Source: the human T2T-CHM13v2.0 reference genome, Homo sapiens. Taken from it: a stretch of DNA of 64,000 bases. Location of the stretch: assembly GCF_009914755.1 (NCBI RefSeq), contig NC_060936.1; one strand, written 5' to 3'. Every line of letters begins with the position of its first letter. Within the stretch, counting starts at the first letter, position 1. This document shows positions 1-14,156 of the stretch, piece after piece. The notes under the pieces were generated by a model, which saw nothing but the letters and a program-made list of their open reading frames with translations, did not search any database and was not told where the DNA came from. A program made the translations under genes and the position numbers.

Positions 1-26
1 GGAAAGAATCCCCAAATACCTGCCAT

Positions 27-247
27 CCCTGGACCAGTGACTGCTGCCTCAGTCCCCTTTACGAGTGACCGCTGCCTCAGTCCCCTTCACCAGTGACTGC
101 TGCCTGAGTCCCCTGGACCGGTGTCTGCTCAGTCTCCCTTACCAGTGACCACTGTGTCAGTCCCCTTTACCAGTGACTGCTGCCTTAGTCCCCTTTACCA
201 ATGACTGCGTTCTCAGTCCCCTGGACCAGTGACTGCTATCTTAGTCC
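27..247. repeat. 28-bp minisatellite, ~8 degenerate copies (ACCAGTGACTGCTGCCTCAGTCCCCTTT)
   Basis: Units start at 33, 61, 89, 117, 141, 169, 197 and 225. Confidence 0.9.
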
Positions 248-590
248 GCTGGGGCTGCCATAACAAAATACCACGGACTGGGTGGCTTCAACAAGAGACT
301 TGTTTCTCACAGCCCCGGAGGCTGGCAGGCCCGGACTGAGATGCTGGCAGGCTGCTTTCCCCTGAGGCCTCCCTGCTCAGCTTGCTGTGTCGGCACAGGG
401 CCTTTCCTCTGTGCCTGCACCCCTGTTTCTCCTGCTCTTCCCAGAAGACAGTAGTCACAGTGGGTCAGGGCCCACCTCCTGACCTCACTCAACCTTGATT
501 ACCTCCTCAAAGGTTCTGTCTTCAAATACAGTCACATTGCGGTTAGGGCTTCAGCATAAGACTTTTGGGAACATAATTCAGAGCCAGTGT
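238..590 (-). mobile_element. MaLR LTR (MLT1-type)
   Basis: cttagtcc..gggctgccataacaaaataccac.gactgggtggctt..tttctcacag..ggaggctgg matches remembered MLT1 consensus. Confidence 0.7.
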
Positions 591-1343
591 GGTTGGGGGT
601 ACGAGGCTGGACAGGGAAGTAGCGGCTCCCCGCAAAGAACAGAGGTGCAGTCCCAGGAAGACAGCAGAGCATGGCCTCCTTTCTTTTCATGGAAACTTTA
701 TTTTGGCCATTTAGTGAGGACCAAACAAAATGTCTTATAATCAACATTTTGTAATTATTATGTAATTTCGTGTTTTAATTCGGGACAATTAATAATTAAG
801 TTCTAGGATCATAGAGAAACAAAAGCAGAGCTGGAAAGCGCATGAGAGTCACCTTGCCTGGTGCTTTGCAGCCCTTTCCCTGTCAGGGGCCCCTTGCATA
901 GTTTTCCCTGGTTGGCTCTACTTAGAATGCTCACATCTAGTGAATCGCAGTCTACTCTTAGGGTTGGTGAATACCTATTTTATCAGTAGATGTTTCATAA
1001 TTACTGAGACCTGCCCCAGAATCCCATTAGTATAGCAGCTGTGGCCACGGCAGTTCCTCTGGTCTACCTTCTTGGTTTACACAGGGGAGTCTGAGGCGTG
1101 CGGTGGGAGTGGGGCTGATGAAGGTGGGGATTTGGGGTGGTAAAGTCTGGTCATGGAGCTGGGTAGTGGCAGAGTGGTGAACAGAGTGCGTCTGGGGTTT
1201 CTGTTCCTCACACTCTAGCGTGTTCTTACCAGCATCCAGCCGGCAGCTCTTTCATTGTAATCCTTGAAGTGGAACCCACTTGGCATGTAGAAGTACACAT
1301 GTAACATCATGACTCTTAACATATGTTGTGTGATCTCTCTCAG

Positions 1344-1461
1344 TTTAATTTTGGAGAAATATTAATGACCCAAGTAATCCATTCCATCGAGTACTGTCTG
1401 GGATGCATCTCCAACACCGCCTCCTACCTGAGGCTCTGGGCGCTTAGCCTGGCTCACGCAC
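1344..1461 (+). CDS. ATP6V0A2: V-ATPase V0 subunit a2, antepenultimate coding exon
   Basis: cag|TTT..GCA C|gtaagt; [39 protein letters not shown], the conserved subunit-a motif containing the essential Arg. Confidence 0.97.
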
Positions 1462-2178
1462 GTAAGTTCCTGCTTAGACCTGCAGTTCCCAATGCCCTGT
1501 AGTGCCAGCAGACTCAGGGGGCACTGTGGGATATTTTAACTTTGTAACTAATAGTCATAGCACCATCTTTCAGCTGCCACGTGAACTTACACTATTCACT
1601 ACTTAATACACAGCTCTCTTGGCTATTTCTTTTGGCTGAGGAGTGCTGTGGAAAAATCACAGAGGGAGTCTCTCTGAGGCTGGTCTGGCTTCAGAGCCTG
1701 CCCAATTTAAAAAAAAAATCACTGAGACACAAGGGGCTTTGAGAACTGAGACGGCTTGGGAGCCTCTGGTGTAAGCACTTGCTACTGTTGCCATTACTGT
1801 TTCTGTTAGTAGTTATTTCATTCACTGCTGCCTTACCAAGTGTGAATATCTGTTTATTTCAAGCAAGTCCTGCCACAGCACTCATGGGTAGCCTTGATCA
1901 CAGGAGTCCTCCCTTTGCACAATTCCAGTAATGCACACATGTTAGTTTCCACAGTGTAGTTAACACCTGTTCCCCAGCAGCATGGTTCCCATTTCAGTCA
2001 CCACAGTACCTAGCCGTGCAGTTAGGTGCAGGTGCATTTACCAGCCTACGTGCGGCAGGTGTCGTGATGAAGATGCTGATAACCCACCAGTGGTGCTCGG
2101 CAATGTTTCAGGACGTTGAAGGTTTGTGCAAAGGGTGCAATGTTGCAAGTGGGTTCAGACGTAGAAAAGAATAGGACA

Positions 2179-2490
2179 GGCCAGGCACAGTGGCTCACAC
2201 CTGTAATCCCAGCACTTTGGGGGGCCCGAGGCAGGTGGATCACCTGAGGTCAGGAGTTTGACACCAGTCTGACCAGCATGGCAAAACCATCTCTACTAAA
2301 AATACAAAAATTAGCTGGTTGTGGTGGCGGGCGCCTGTAGTCCCAGCTACTCAGGAGGCTGAGGCAGGAGAATTGATTGAACTTAGGAGGCGGAGGTTGC
2401 AGTGAGCCAAGATCACATCACTGCATTCCAGCCTGGGTGACAGACCGAGACTCTGTCTCAAAAAAAAAAAAAAGCTAAAAAAAAAAAAAA
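2179..2490 (+). mobile_element. Alu (S-type)
   Basis: Full dimer, A-tail, TSD aataggaca. Confidence 0.9.
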
Positions 2491-2724
2491 ATAGGACAAT
2501 TTGGCAAGTATTAGGAAAGATGCTTGCTCTGCATCAGGTCACCCAGCTTGCCAATTTACACAGCAGGAACCAAGCACTGTTCAAACTACCCTAATAAACT
2601 TTTTTTTTTTTTTAAATAACAGACAAAAGACTTTAATACTCAGTGCTTCTAATGTTTCAAAGATAGATTTACCATTTTTTCATTTCCCTATATTTTTTGT
2701 TAAAACATTAATAACTCTCTTATT

Positions 2725-3079
<355 letters not shown>

Positions 3080-3640
3080 TTAATGTTTTAACAACAATTT
3101 TAAAGGCCACAGAGCAAACCATTTTTCCCATGGATTAATAGGGATGCTTCGGATGGTTTTGATTGCAAGGTCTTTACTGTGCAAAGCAAGCACTGCCTGT
3201 GCTTGTGGAAACCACCGGACAAGAGGGTGTCTTTTTTTTTTTTTTTTTTTAGTTAAAAAAAAATGCTTATGTTTTTATAAGCATAGCCAAAGGTCTGGAA
3301 TTTTGTGGCTGGAGGGGCCCTGTCTCGTTCATCTCCATTTTGCAGAGGTGGTGACTGAAGCCACTGAGTGTCGGTGCTTTACTCATGGTCATCCAGTTGA
3401 TCCCTCAGTGGCAGAACCAGGCCTGGGAGCCTGTTTCTGGCTGCCTGGTCCAGTGCGCTTTGGGAGGTCACAACCCAAACCTAGTCTGGGGCAAGACCTC
3501 CCTTTGGGAGATGGCCTCTGATATTTTTGGAGCACCAGGTCTTCCTTAGTGTTTGAGACCGTCTCGGAGCTGACTGGCTTTCACATGAGAAACAGTTGGG
3601 TCTGTGTTACATGTGTGTCTATTATTTTATGGGATAATAG

Positions 3641-3910
<270 letters not shown>

Positions 3911-4068
3911 TGAGTTTGAAACCTAGCCTTGGAGCTGTTATTTAAAAAACATACCCGCCCCCCCACTGCCCCGCCCAACCAAATATACACAGCCCCTGCA
4001 AAATCTAATGCTGAATTTAGGCCAGTTCTTCCCTTCCCTTGGGATCTGTGTTCATATCCTCTGAGTTA

Positions 4069-4420
<352 letters not shown>

Positions 4421-4827
4421 TTAAGTTTGCAGAATACTAACGTATGTTTCATACTCCTAATTCACTTTGGGTCTGACAGGTTGCTCTGTCTTATTGCAAG
4501 ATAAATCCTTCTTATGTATTTCTTAATGTTTTATGGTGTAGGTCAGATTACTGCTCTGTGCCTCCAGTGACTCAAGTGGCAGGAGAGGGTCTCGTTACTT
4601 GTGCACGTGCTTTTGTGTGTTGGGCAGTGAGAGACAGCGGATGTGTCAGAGTTTCTGTTCACACTGGGAAAGCCAGCACGGGGTTGGGGGTGCGGGGCAG
4701 TGTTTAGCTAAGTAAAAATATATGTGCCAAGAACATATTTTGGAATGAAGCAATTTCAGCACAGGAATTTTTTTTTTTAACTTATAAATGTTGTTTTAAG
4801 GAATGTGATTTCATAATCTTCCATTAA

Positions 4828-4956
<129 letters not shown>

Positions 4957-5446
4957 TCATATTGCTGTAACCAACAAGCTTTCAGATTTATGGAGAATGA
5001 CCATGTTATAGACTTTCACTTATGTCAGATTTATGATAGGAAAAATTCCATCTTCATTACTGCCTTATGACATAGCCAAATAATTCTGTAAGATATACCT
5101 CTTCCTCATATGTTAAATATTTTGTAAAGTTTACCAATTTGAGATATAAAAATTTCTTTTGGTTTTTTATGATGAGCAAATATAAGTTAATGCCAAACGT
5201 TATGTTAAAGTTATTTTTTCAAATACAGGATTTGGGGAGAGAAGCCAATTTTGCATGGCTAGTTGAAAATGGTATTAGATACTTATTTCCTTTAAACTTT
5301 ATTTAAAACAAACAACAGAGTTAATCTGTCACCTGAAGTTGCCAGATAATATTTTCCAACAGCTGAAGTAGGGATAGTTTTTTAAAAAATTTAATGATGG
5401 GTAATCAAAACATTCACATTTATTCTGCTGGATTTAAAAATATGTA

Positions 5447-5848
<402 letters not shown>

Positions 5849-6108
5849 TGACATACAACAAATGGTTATCCCACTTGTATATTTTTTTAAAGACTCTTAT
5901 CCTGTTACCCTTACATAAAACCAGTTATGATAATTGTATGTTTGGAAGATAAATTGTATGCTGAGCCTTAAAACCCAGTGTGACTGTAGAAGATATAATG
6001 CGGACATGATTTGAATTTAGTGACAGCTTGGCTGATGTCACTGAACCAGAAGGGTTTATACTGAGTGAAGGAAAGGTAAAAAGCAGTATTTTGTATATTT
6101 TTGTAACA

Positions 6109-6226
6109 AAATATAAATGAAGATATTTTACCATGAAGAGATTGCACTTATCCTTGAGAACAGTCTAAATATAAATGAAGATATTTTACCATGAAGAGAT
6201 TGCACTTATCCTTGAGAACAGTCTAA
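6109..6226. repeat. Perfect 58-bp tandem duplication (2 copies)
   Basis: 6109-6166 is identical to 6167-6224. Confidence 0.95.
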
Positions 6227-7786
6227 TGATACTTTTTTTACTTTCAGACTGTTTCTAGCTAAAGTTCTGATAAAAGTATTGAGTTAATTTAAACTTTCAA
6301 ACACTGTTTAGATCAGTTGAAAACTAATTCTTAATAGCCATTGTTTTATAATCTTTAGTTTAAATTCATCTGTTTGACATTTGGTTTTTTGTGAACTTGA
6401 GTCAGTCCTATTGAACATTTTGACCTATATTCTTGCAAATTATGTTAATTTTTCATATTTTAGTTTGATTTTAGACAATTATTTTCAAAAAGAAACCTGA
6501 CTTTTTTTCACCTTCTTGACATTGTGAGTGATACACGTTAAAAGGCTATTTGCCCGCATCCTCCTCTATCCTGTTTCGAGGTAGAGAGCTTGGCACTTCT
6601 GTTACAAGCTGAGAGTCTGGAGGTGCTGAGTTTAACGTGGCTGTGCAGGTGATTTCAAGGCATGAGCTGAACAGCGTTGACACAGCCGTGACTTACAATT
6701 AAACCCTTTCAATTACAGTACAGATTCTGTGTGCTACTTGATGAGATGTTACCCAAGGCCAGTTTGGACTTACTGCTTTTTGTCCCTCATATTAAATTAT
6801 CAAATGATGCCGATGAAATGCTTGAAAATGATTCTGCTCTCAAAGTTATGCTTCCCTAGAAAGGTGTCATGTCGGGCACTTGTGTTGGGTGACTATGACA
6901 TCCCAGCAGTGCTGGTCAGGTCTCAGAGTTGCTTTCACCTAGAGCTGATGCTTCCACAAGGGGACATTTGTGTTACTTTGCTCCAGGGGTCTGTCATAAA
7001 AACAATGGTAACTACTTCATCCCTAGGAAGCCCAAGACTTCAGGGCACTGTTAGCTGATTGGTAAATAAGGGACACGATATTCACGGGAATTGTTTACTG
7101 CTCCCCACTAGTAATTCTCATGGGGCCACTTTTTTAACTCTTTCTAATTAACACCTCTTCTCAGCATAGAGCAGAGGATGCAGTCATTTCTCTGTTGAAA
7201 TCTATGTAGTATTTATGTAGAATGTCATTATATGAAAAGCGAATTCAGAATCCTAACTCTGGGAAAGCGCTCTCTGGAAATGTAGTTTGATAATAGTGTC
7301 TTATAGGGGCCACGGGAATTTGTTTCTCTATAAAGCGATGGGCTCCAGTGTCATGTTACCAGAGTTATCGCTCAGTTTTGTTTGTTAAGGCTTTTGCTAG
7401 AACCTATTATGTATCCAGTTTTTAAAACATACTTCATTCCCTTGATAGCAGAGATCCAGAGCACAGATGGCAAGTTGTGTGGATGATACTGAATATGTTT
7501 ATTTTCCTAAAGATAAATGTCACGACACGACATTTCTCAGTTTTTATTTAGATGTTTATTACCATGTGTTAACAGAATCTTAAAACCCAAGGGATTTCTT
7601 CAGTAAACTAGACTTTGATTCAACCTGCTGGGCTGGAGACTGTAATTGCCGTGGTCAGTTAAGGAGTGCAAAGGGTGTTCTGTCTGATAGGATCTGGGTG
7701 AGCCCTGCGGACTTTCCAGCAGCGAAAGGACTTGGAACTCCTCTTTCGCTGAATGCTGCTCTGTTTCTGGAATGGATATTTTATAA

Positions 7787-8143
<357 letters not shown>

Positions 8144-8280
8144 TAATAAGGCACAGAATACCTGTAGCATAGGTCAGCCTTACGATGTCCATGAATTACA
8201 TATTCAGACGTTTTAGAGCCTGATACATTTTGGAAAAGAAAAACAACTTCTACACCTATTCTACAGTCCGCATTTAAAAC

Positions 8281-8299
8281 AATAAATTCCTCTATTAAA
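8281..8299 (+). terminator. ATP6V0A2: Candidate proximal poly(A) signals (AATAAA 8281, ATTAAA 8294)
   Basis: Hexamers seen; usage inferred. Confidence 0.45.
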
Positions 8300-8655
8300 A
8301 ACGTAAAGCCGGGTTTGCTTGCGTGCCACAGGGAATATATCCAGGAAGGTTATTATGAAGCTGTCAAATCAAGATGATGGAAATAAGGCAGTTTGAACGA
8401 ACAGTCTTCCCACAGTCAGGCCATTTTTGCTGATTTGGTTTAGAATTTTCAGAAATACTTAGTACACTCCACCTGTTCTTTGATGGGAATATCTAAGAAG
8501 GCTAGGTAGGTTCTTAGGGTTAGCCTGAGTCATCTAGGGGCTCAACTCCTTGTGAGGGGAAATGACAGTGAACAAGTTAGTACTTTGCTCCACAAATGCA
8601 TGAAAGGACAAATTTGCATCTTCTATCAGTATTTAACTTCCTTTTGCTAATGACA

Positions 8656-8661
8656 AATAAA
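8656..8661 (+). terminator. ATP6V0A2: Distal poly(A) signal AATAAA
   Basis: Canonical hexamer with a GU/U-rich element ~20-30 nt downstream. Confidence 0.7.
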
Positions 8662-9178
8662 TATATCTATATTTTTAAACGTGGGTGTTTTGCTTTATTA
8701 TGCTCTAGTTTGGCAAGAAAGCTAAAGAACTCTGCTCCTTCCCTGATTTTGTAGGCCATGAGGAACTCGTGCTTTCTCGGCTTATTTCCTCCTCGTCTGG
8801 CCTCTAATCCCGCCTCTGCCACCGCCGAGGTGCTGTGACCTTCGTCTCGCCAACTCTCTAGCCCCAGCTTCATCTGCAAGGTGGGCGGGCTGCTTGCAAA
8901 CCGGTCGGCGTGGGGTGGGGTCGCACCCTCGGCTGCAGCGGCCCGAGGGCGGCTCCTGGCGGCGAGGGTCCCGCTCCGCATCCAGGGGCGTGCGCGCTGC
9001 CGGGGCCAGGGAGCAACCAGCCTACCTCGGCGGCCCGGGGGCCTGGTGCGCGCCTCCGAGATCCCGGGGCCGGGGCGTGGGCTGCGGCTCGCGGGTTCGG
9101 GATCGAGGGGCCGGGCGCGGGGCACTGCCGAGCTTGCAGCCCCCAGCGCCGGCGCCGTCGGCGGGGCGAGCTGCGGCC

Positions 9179-9223
9179 GTTTCCGGGGCGCCCATTGCTA
9201 GGGCCGCCGTTGCCACGGACGCC
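9179..9223 (+). promoter_or_regulatory. Three imperfect RFX X-box-like motifs
   Basis: GTTTCCGGGGCG, ATTGCTAGGGCC and GTTGCCACGGAC at 9179/9194/9209. Confidence 0.5.
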
Positions 9224-9260
9224 CGCCCTGCGCCCGGCTCCCTCTGCACTGCGCGGCGCC

Positions 9261-9474
9261 ATGGACGACCTGCGGGTGCTGTGGATGCGCGACCGCGTGT
9301 ATGCGGCTTTCGGCATCACCGACCCCCAGCTTTTCGAGGACCTGCTCAACCGCGACGACGGCCAGGGCGAGGACCTCATCTTGCACTTCCTCAACCAGGC
9401 GAGCGAGGAGGAGGGGCCCTCGGCGCTCTTCATCTACCGCACTATGGTGCCGGAGGAGGTGGAGGTGGAGATTG
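9261..9474 (+). CDS. DNAH10: Dynein axonemal heavy chain 10, coding exon 1
   Basis: Strong Kozak gccATGg; MDDLRVLWMRDRVY...MVPEEVEVEI; donor G|gtgagc. Confidence 0.93.
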
Positions 9475-9724
9475 GTGAGCCTCGACGCGCCGCTCCCTTC
9501 CCCGGGCTTCCCTCCTGCCCGTCCCGGCCTCTCCGGCGGGCGCCGGGGCTGCTAGAGCCTGCCCATCGTCCGGCCCCGGCCTCAGGTGCTGTCCACAAAC
9601 GCTGCCGCCCGCCACGTGCAGGCCCCGGGCGAACCCAGCAATCACAGCCGTCCCTGCCCTCCTGGGCCCACAGCCCACTTGAAAGTCAGGCCTTGATTGA
9701 AAAATCACAGCAAACACTGACTTA

Positions 9725-9880
9725 GCCCGCACCCCGTGCCAGGTGCGGTTCCAACGCTTGTATCAACTCCTTAACCCTACGAGGCGGGTGTATCCTCATC
9801 CCTATTTTACAGATGAGCAAACTGGCACGGAGGGGGTTAAGTAACCTGCCCAAGGCCCACGGGGCGTCAAGATCCACTGT
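9725..9880 (-). mobile_element. MIR fragment
   Basis: cctattttacagatgag.aaactg...aagtaacctgcccaagg core. Confidence 0.7.
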
Positions 9881-10487
9881 GCAATAATCCGAACGGCTGG
9901 GTAGAGCCATGCCCAGGTGTGGCAGGGACCCAGGTCACTGTCACTCTCCTTGACGGTCGCAGCCTCTCACGGAGGGTCCGAAGAGCACCCCTTTCTACTT
10001 CTGGAGGCTCCTTATATCCTAAAAAGTAAAATAAGGCTAGGACAAAGTTTAAAAACTACAGTAGACTTTAAATGTTTATGTTGAACAAATTAGCATCGCA
10101 AATACAAAAAGACAGTGACCAGGGTCCCAGAACCCTCTGTGGAGGCGGATCCCCAGCCCCACCTACTCTCTGATAGGCCAGGGACACTGAGAGGGCAGGG
10201 AGGGGCCAGCACAGGTGAGAGGAGGAGGCAGGACAACTCGCTTCAGAAACAGCTAGAAGGAGACTGGGACCTCGAAAGCCGCCTCCTCGCAGGAGCACCA
10301 GCTGGAGCACAGCTACCGGGACCTCCTGCCTGGCTGTCCAGTCTCCTGGGCTACTTTTCCAGCCCCTTAAGGACTTGGGGATCCCTTGCAGGGCCTCTCA
10401 CTGGGTTCGGGTGGCAGGGCCGGCAGACCTTTGATTTTTTTTTTAAAGGTACCAGGCAGATTCATTTATTGTATTCTATTTTTTAAC

Positions 10488-11088
<601 letters not shown>

Positions 11089-12409
11089 ACCTTCATTTAT
11101 TTTAAATATTCATTATTTGCTTGCACAAAATAAAACGCCTTCATCATAAATCCAAAACCATAAATAAACAACAATAACAAATCCCTAGTGCCATCTGGAG
11201 AGAGGACCACGTGATCACGTTTTGGAATTTAACCTTCCAGCCTATTATTTTTTTCTCCCTGGCAGACCTTTGGACCTGAACATTAGATTATAACTGGACC
11301 TCGGATGTAGGCACTTTCATTGGCACCAAGTGAAATTATGGAAACCAAAAACACACTCGCAGGATTGACCGTTTAACATGTACCACCACTGCAGGAACTC
11401 GGGTTTCGTTTACATTAAAAAAAAATTACAAGACCCTAAAACAATGGATGTGACTTGGATTTCTTGCAGAAGCCCTCCAAGGGCCTCTGTTAACGGTGGG
11501 GTGGCTGTTGTCTGCTGTGTTTACTAGCACGTGTTTAGCCCAAATGTCATCCAGTGTGGAAGCAGAGTTCAGTCTCACCTCAGAGGGTCCCCCTGGTTAA
11601 TTCCTGGACCCTCCAAAGGGAGCTCAGAACTCCCCCACCCCGCCCCCTGACCCGTTTCTGGGCTGTCTCTGTCCCTGGTCTTCCCTTCCATTCCTGTCCC
11701 TTCTCCACTATCACCTCATGGTGAAAAGCTGATGGATTCCTCGCCGAAGATGCTGTCTCTGGAAACTCTCAAAGCTGCCGATTCTGGAGGTGCCAGATGG
11801 CGTCGGGTGTTGGGGGTTCTGGCCAGGTGGGGAGAAGAGACCTCATCCCCAACTCCACACGTTGTCACTCACTCTCTGCTTGTTAAACCTACAGGCTCAT
11901 ATAACCCTTGAACAGTTTCCCTAGATTATTTTTGGGGGACAGGTGGTTCTGGTCTGTTCAGAGGACCTGCAGAGAGCCCAGCGTGTCCTTTGTTTCCTTT
12001 TTTTTCCTCTTTCTGCCCCCCTTCCCCGGTCAAGATTTCTCTCTGCTCCTGGTTAAAAATGATAGGAATGGAGACAAGCAGATACTGGGGCAGGTGGTGG
12101 TAATAAAGGCGAGGTGTCCTTCCGGGCAGCAGATACCCAAGATACTGATGCAGTAGGTACATGTGTTCCTTCTGGAAAAAACAAAACGGAATCGTACTGT
12201 ACATATCATTTAGTAACTTCCTTACATTTAAAGAAATTACACAAATACTGCCATAACACATGTTCTCTTATGAATTCACAGAACATAGAATTACATATAA
12301 AAAGAAAAAGCAACGCTTCTCCATCCCTTAAGCCCCAGTCCTGCTCTTATTCCTAGGGGTAACCACTATTATTAGTTTGGTGTGTTTCTGGTTGGCTCTT
12401 TTGTCAAAT

Positions 12410-12486
12410 TATCAGTCAATCAATCAGCCAATCACCTACCAACCGACTGATCTGTCTCCCTACCTTCCTATGCATCTATCTATACT

Positions 12487-12526
<40 letters not shown>

Positions 12527-13290
12527 ACATACCTCTATCTATACATCTATTTATCTATCTCCTGTCTACCTACCTACCTATACATCTATCTCTCTCTATT
12601 ATCTATCTACCAACTGACCAATCTGTGTGTCTATCTACCTATCATTCACCTATCATCTATCCATCTATCAATTATCTACCAATCTACCTACCTACCTATA
12701 CATCTATCTATCTCTGTCTATACATCTATCTACCTACCTACCTATACATCTATCTCTATCTATATATCTATCTACCTACCTACCTATACATCTATCTGTC
12801 TGTCTCCTGTCTACCTACCTAATTACCTATACATCTATCCCTCTATTATCTACGTGCCAACTGACCAATCTGTGTGTCTGTCTACCTATCACTTACCTAT
12901 CATCTATCTATCCATCTATCAATTATCTACCAATTTATCTACCTACCTATACATCTATCTCTGTCTATACATCTATCTACACATCTGTTTATCTGTCTAT
13001 ACATCTATCTATACATCTATCTATCTATACATCTGTCTGTCTATCTATCTATACATCTATCTCCTGTCTACCTACCTACCTATACATCTATCTCTCTCTA
13101 TCTATACATCTATCTATCTATGTACCTACCTACATGTCTGTTTATCTATCTGTCTGTCTGTCTATCTCTGTCTGTCTAGGCATAAGGTCAGGGCTGTTGA
13201 GATCAATTAATCAGCCTACCTACCTACCTACCTACCTACCTGCTTGTCATCTATATCTGTCTATCCTTGTTCCATCTACAGTCTATATTT
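12410..13290. repeat. Complex (TCTA/CCTA/TCTG)n simple-repeat array
   Basis: Tetranucleotide array seen directly. Confidence 0.95.
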
Positions 13291-13791
13291 CTCTCTATAA
13301 TGATAATATATGGATATATAGAGTTCCTAAAACTATAAATATCATACTATATATACATATTATTTTGTGACTTCTCCCCCCACCACATGTTTTGGTTATT
13401 TTTTCATGCCAATTCCTATAGTTCTACCTAACTTGATAGATTTAAATACATAGATGTACCACATTCTACTCATCCATTCTCTAATTAATGGACACTTAGC
13501 TTTTCAGAGTATTCATTCTACAAACAATGGAATAATGTCTGTCTATCCTTGCATACTTTGTGTATTTCTGGAGGATAGATTTATAAAAATGAAATGCATC
13601 TGTAACAAGTGTGGTCTTTTACAATTTGAGTGGGTCCTGTTGGTCCACAGCCAGTGGTGGTGGATGAGGCACCTGTTTCCCAATGGCCTCCTGACATTTG
13701 ATATTGGCCATTTTTTAGATTTTTGGCAATTCCATAGAAAAAAGTAGTTGTACTCCCTTACTCTAATTTATGTAAATGTTAGTGTAGTTGA

Positions 13792-14156
<365 letters not shown>

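Larger units (their letters stand above)
8880..9660. promoter_or_regulatory. DNAH10: CpG island / DNAH10 promoter
   Basis: Very high GC and CpG density, GC boxes, spans exon 1. Confidence 0.9.

Noticed and set aside
27-247. 28-bp repeats as a CRISPR-like array
   Set aside because: Units are contiguous with no unique spacers; this is a eukaryotic intronic minisatellite
8667-9732. Many 100-270 aa ORFs on both strands at the CpG island, including a GTG-started extension of DNAH10
   Set aside because: Stop-poor GC-rich DNA gives low-complexity Arg/Pro/Gly translations; only 9261-9474 is supported by Kozak context, splicing and protein identity
11715-12261. Minus-strand exon-like signals and a 111-aa ORF (antisense gene)
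   Set aside because: An acceptor-like site exists at 12172, but donors are weak, there is no recognisable protein and no coherent exon chain
12377-13370. 277-aa and 247-aa ORFs
   Set aside because: Translations of the (TCTA)n repeat (YLSI runs)
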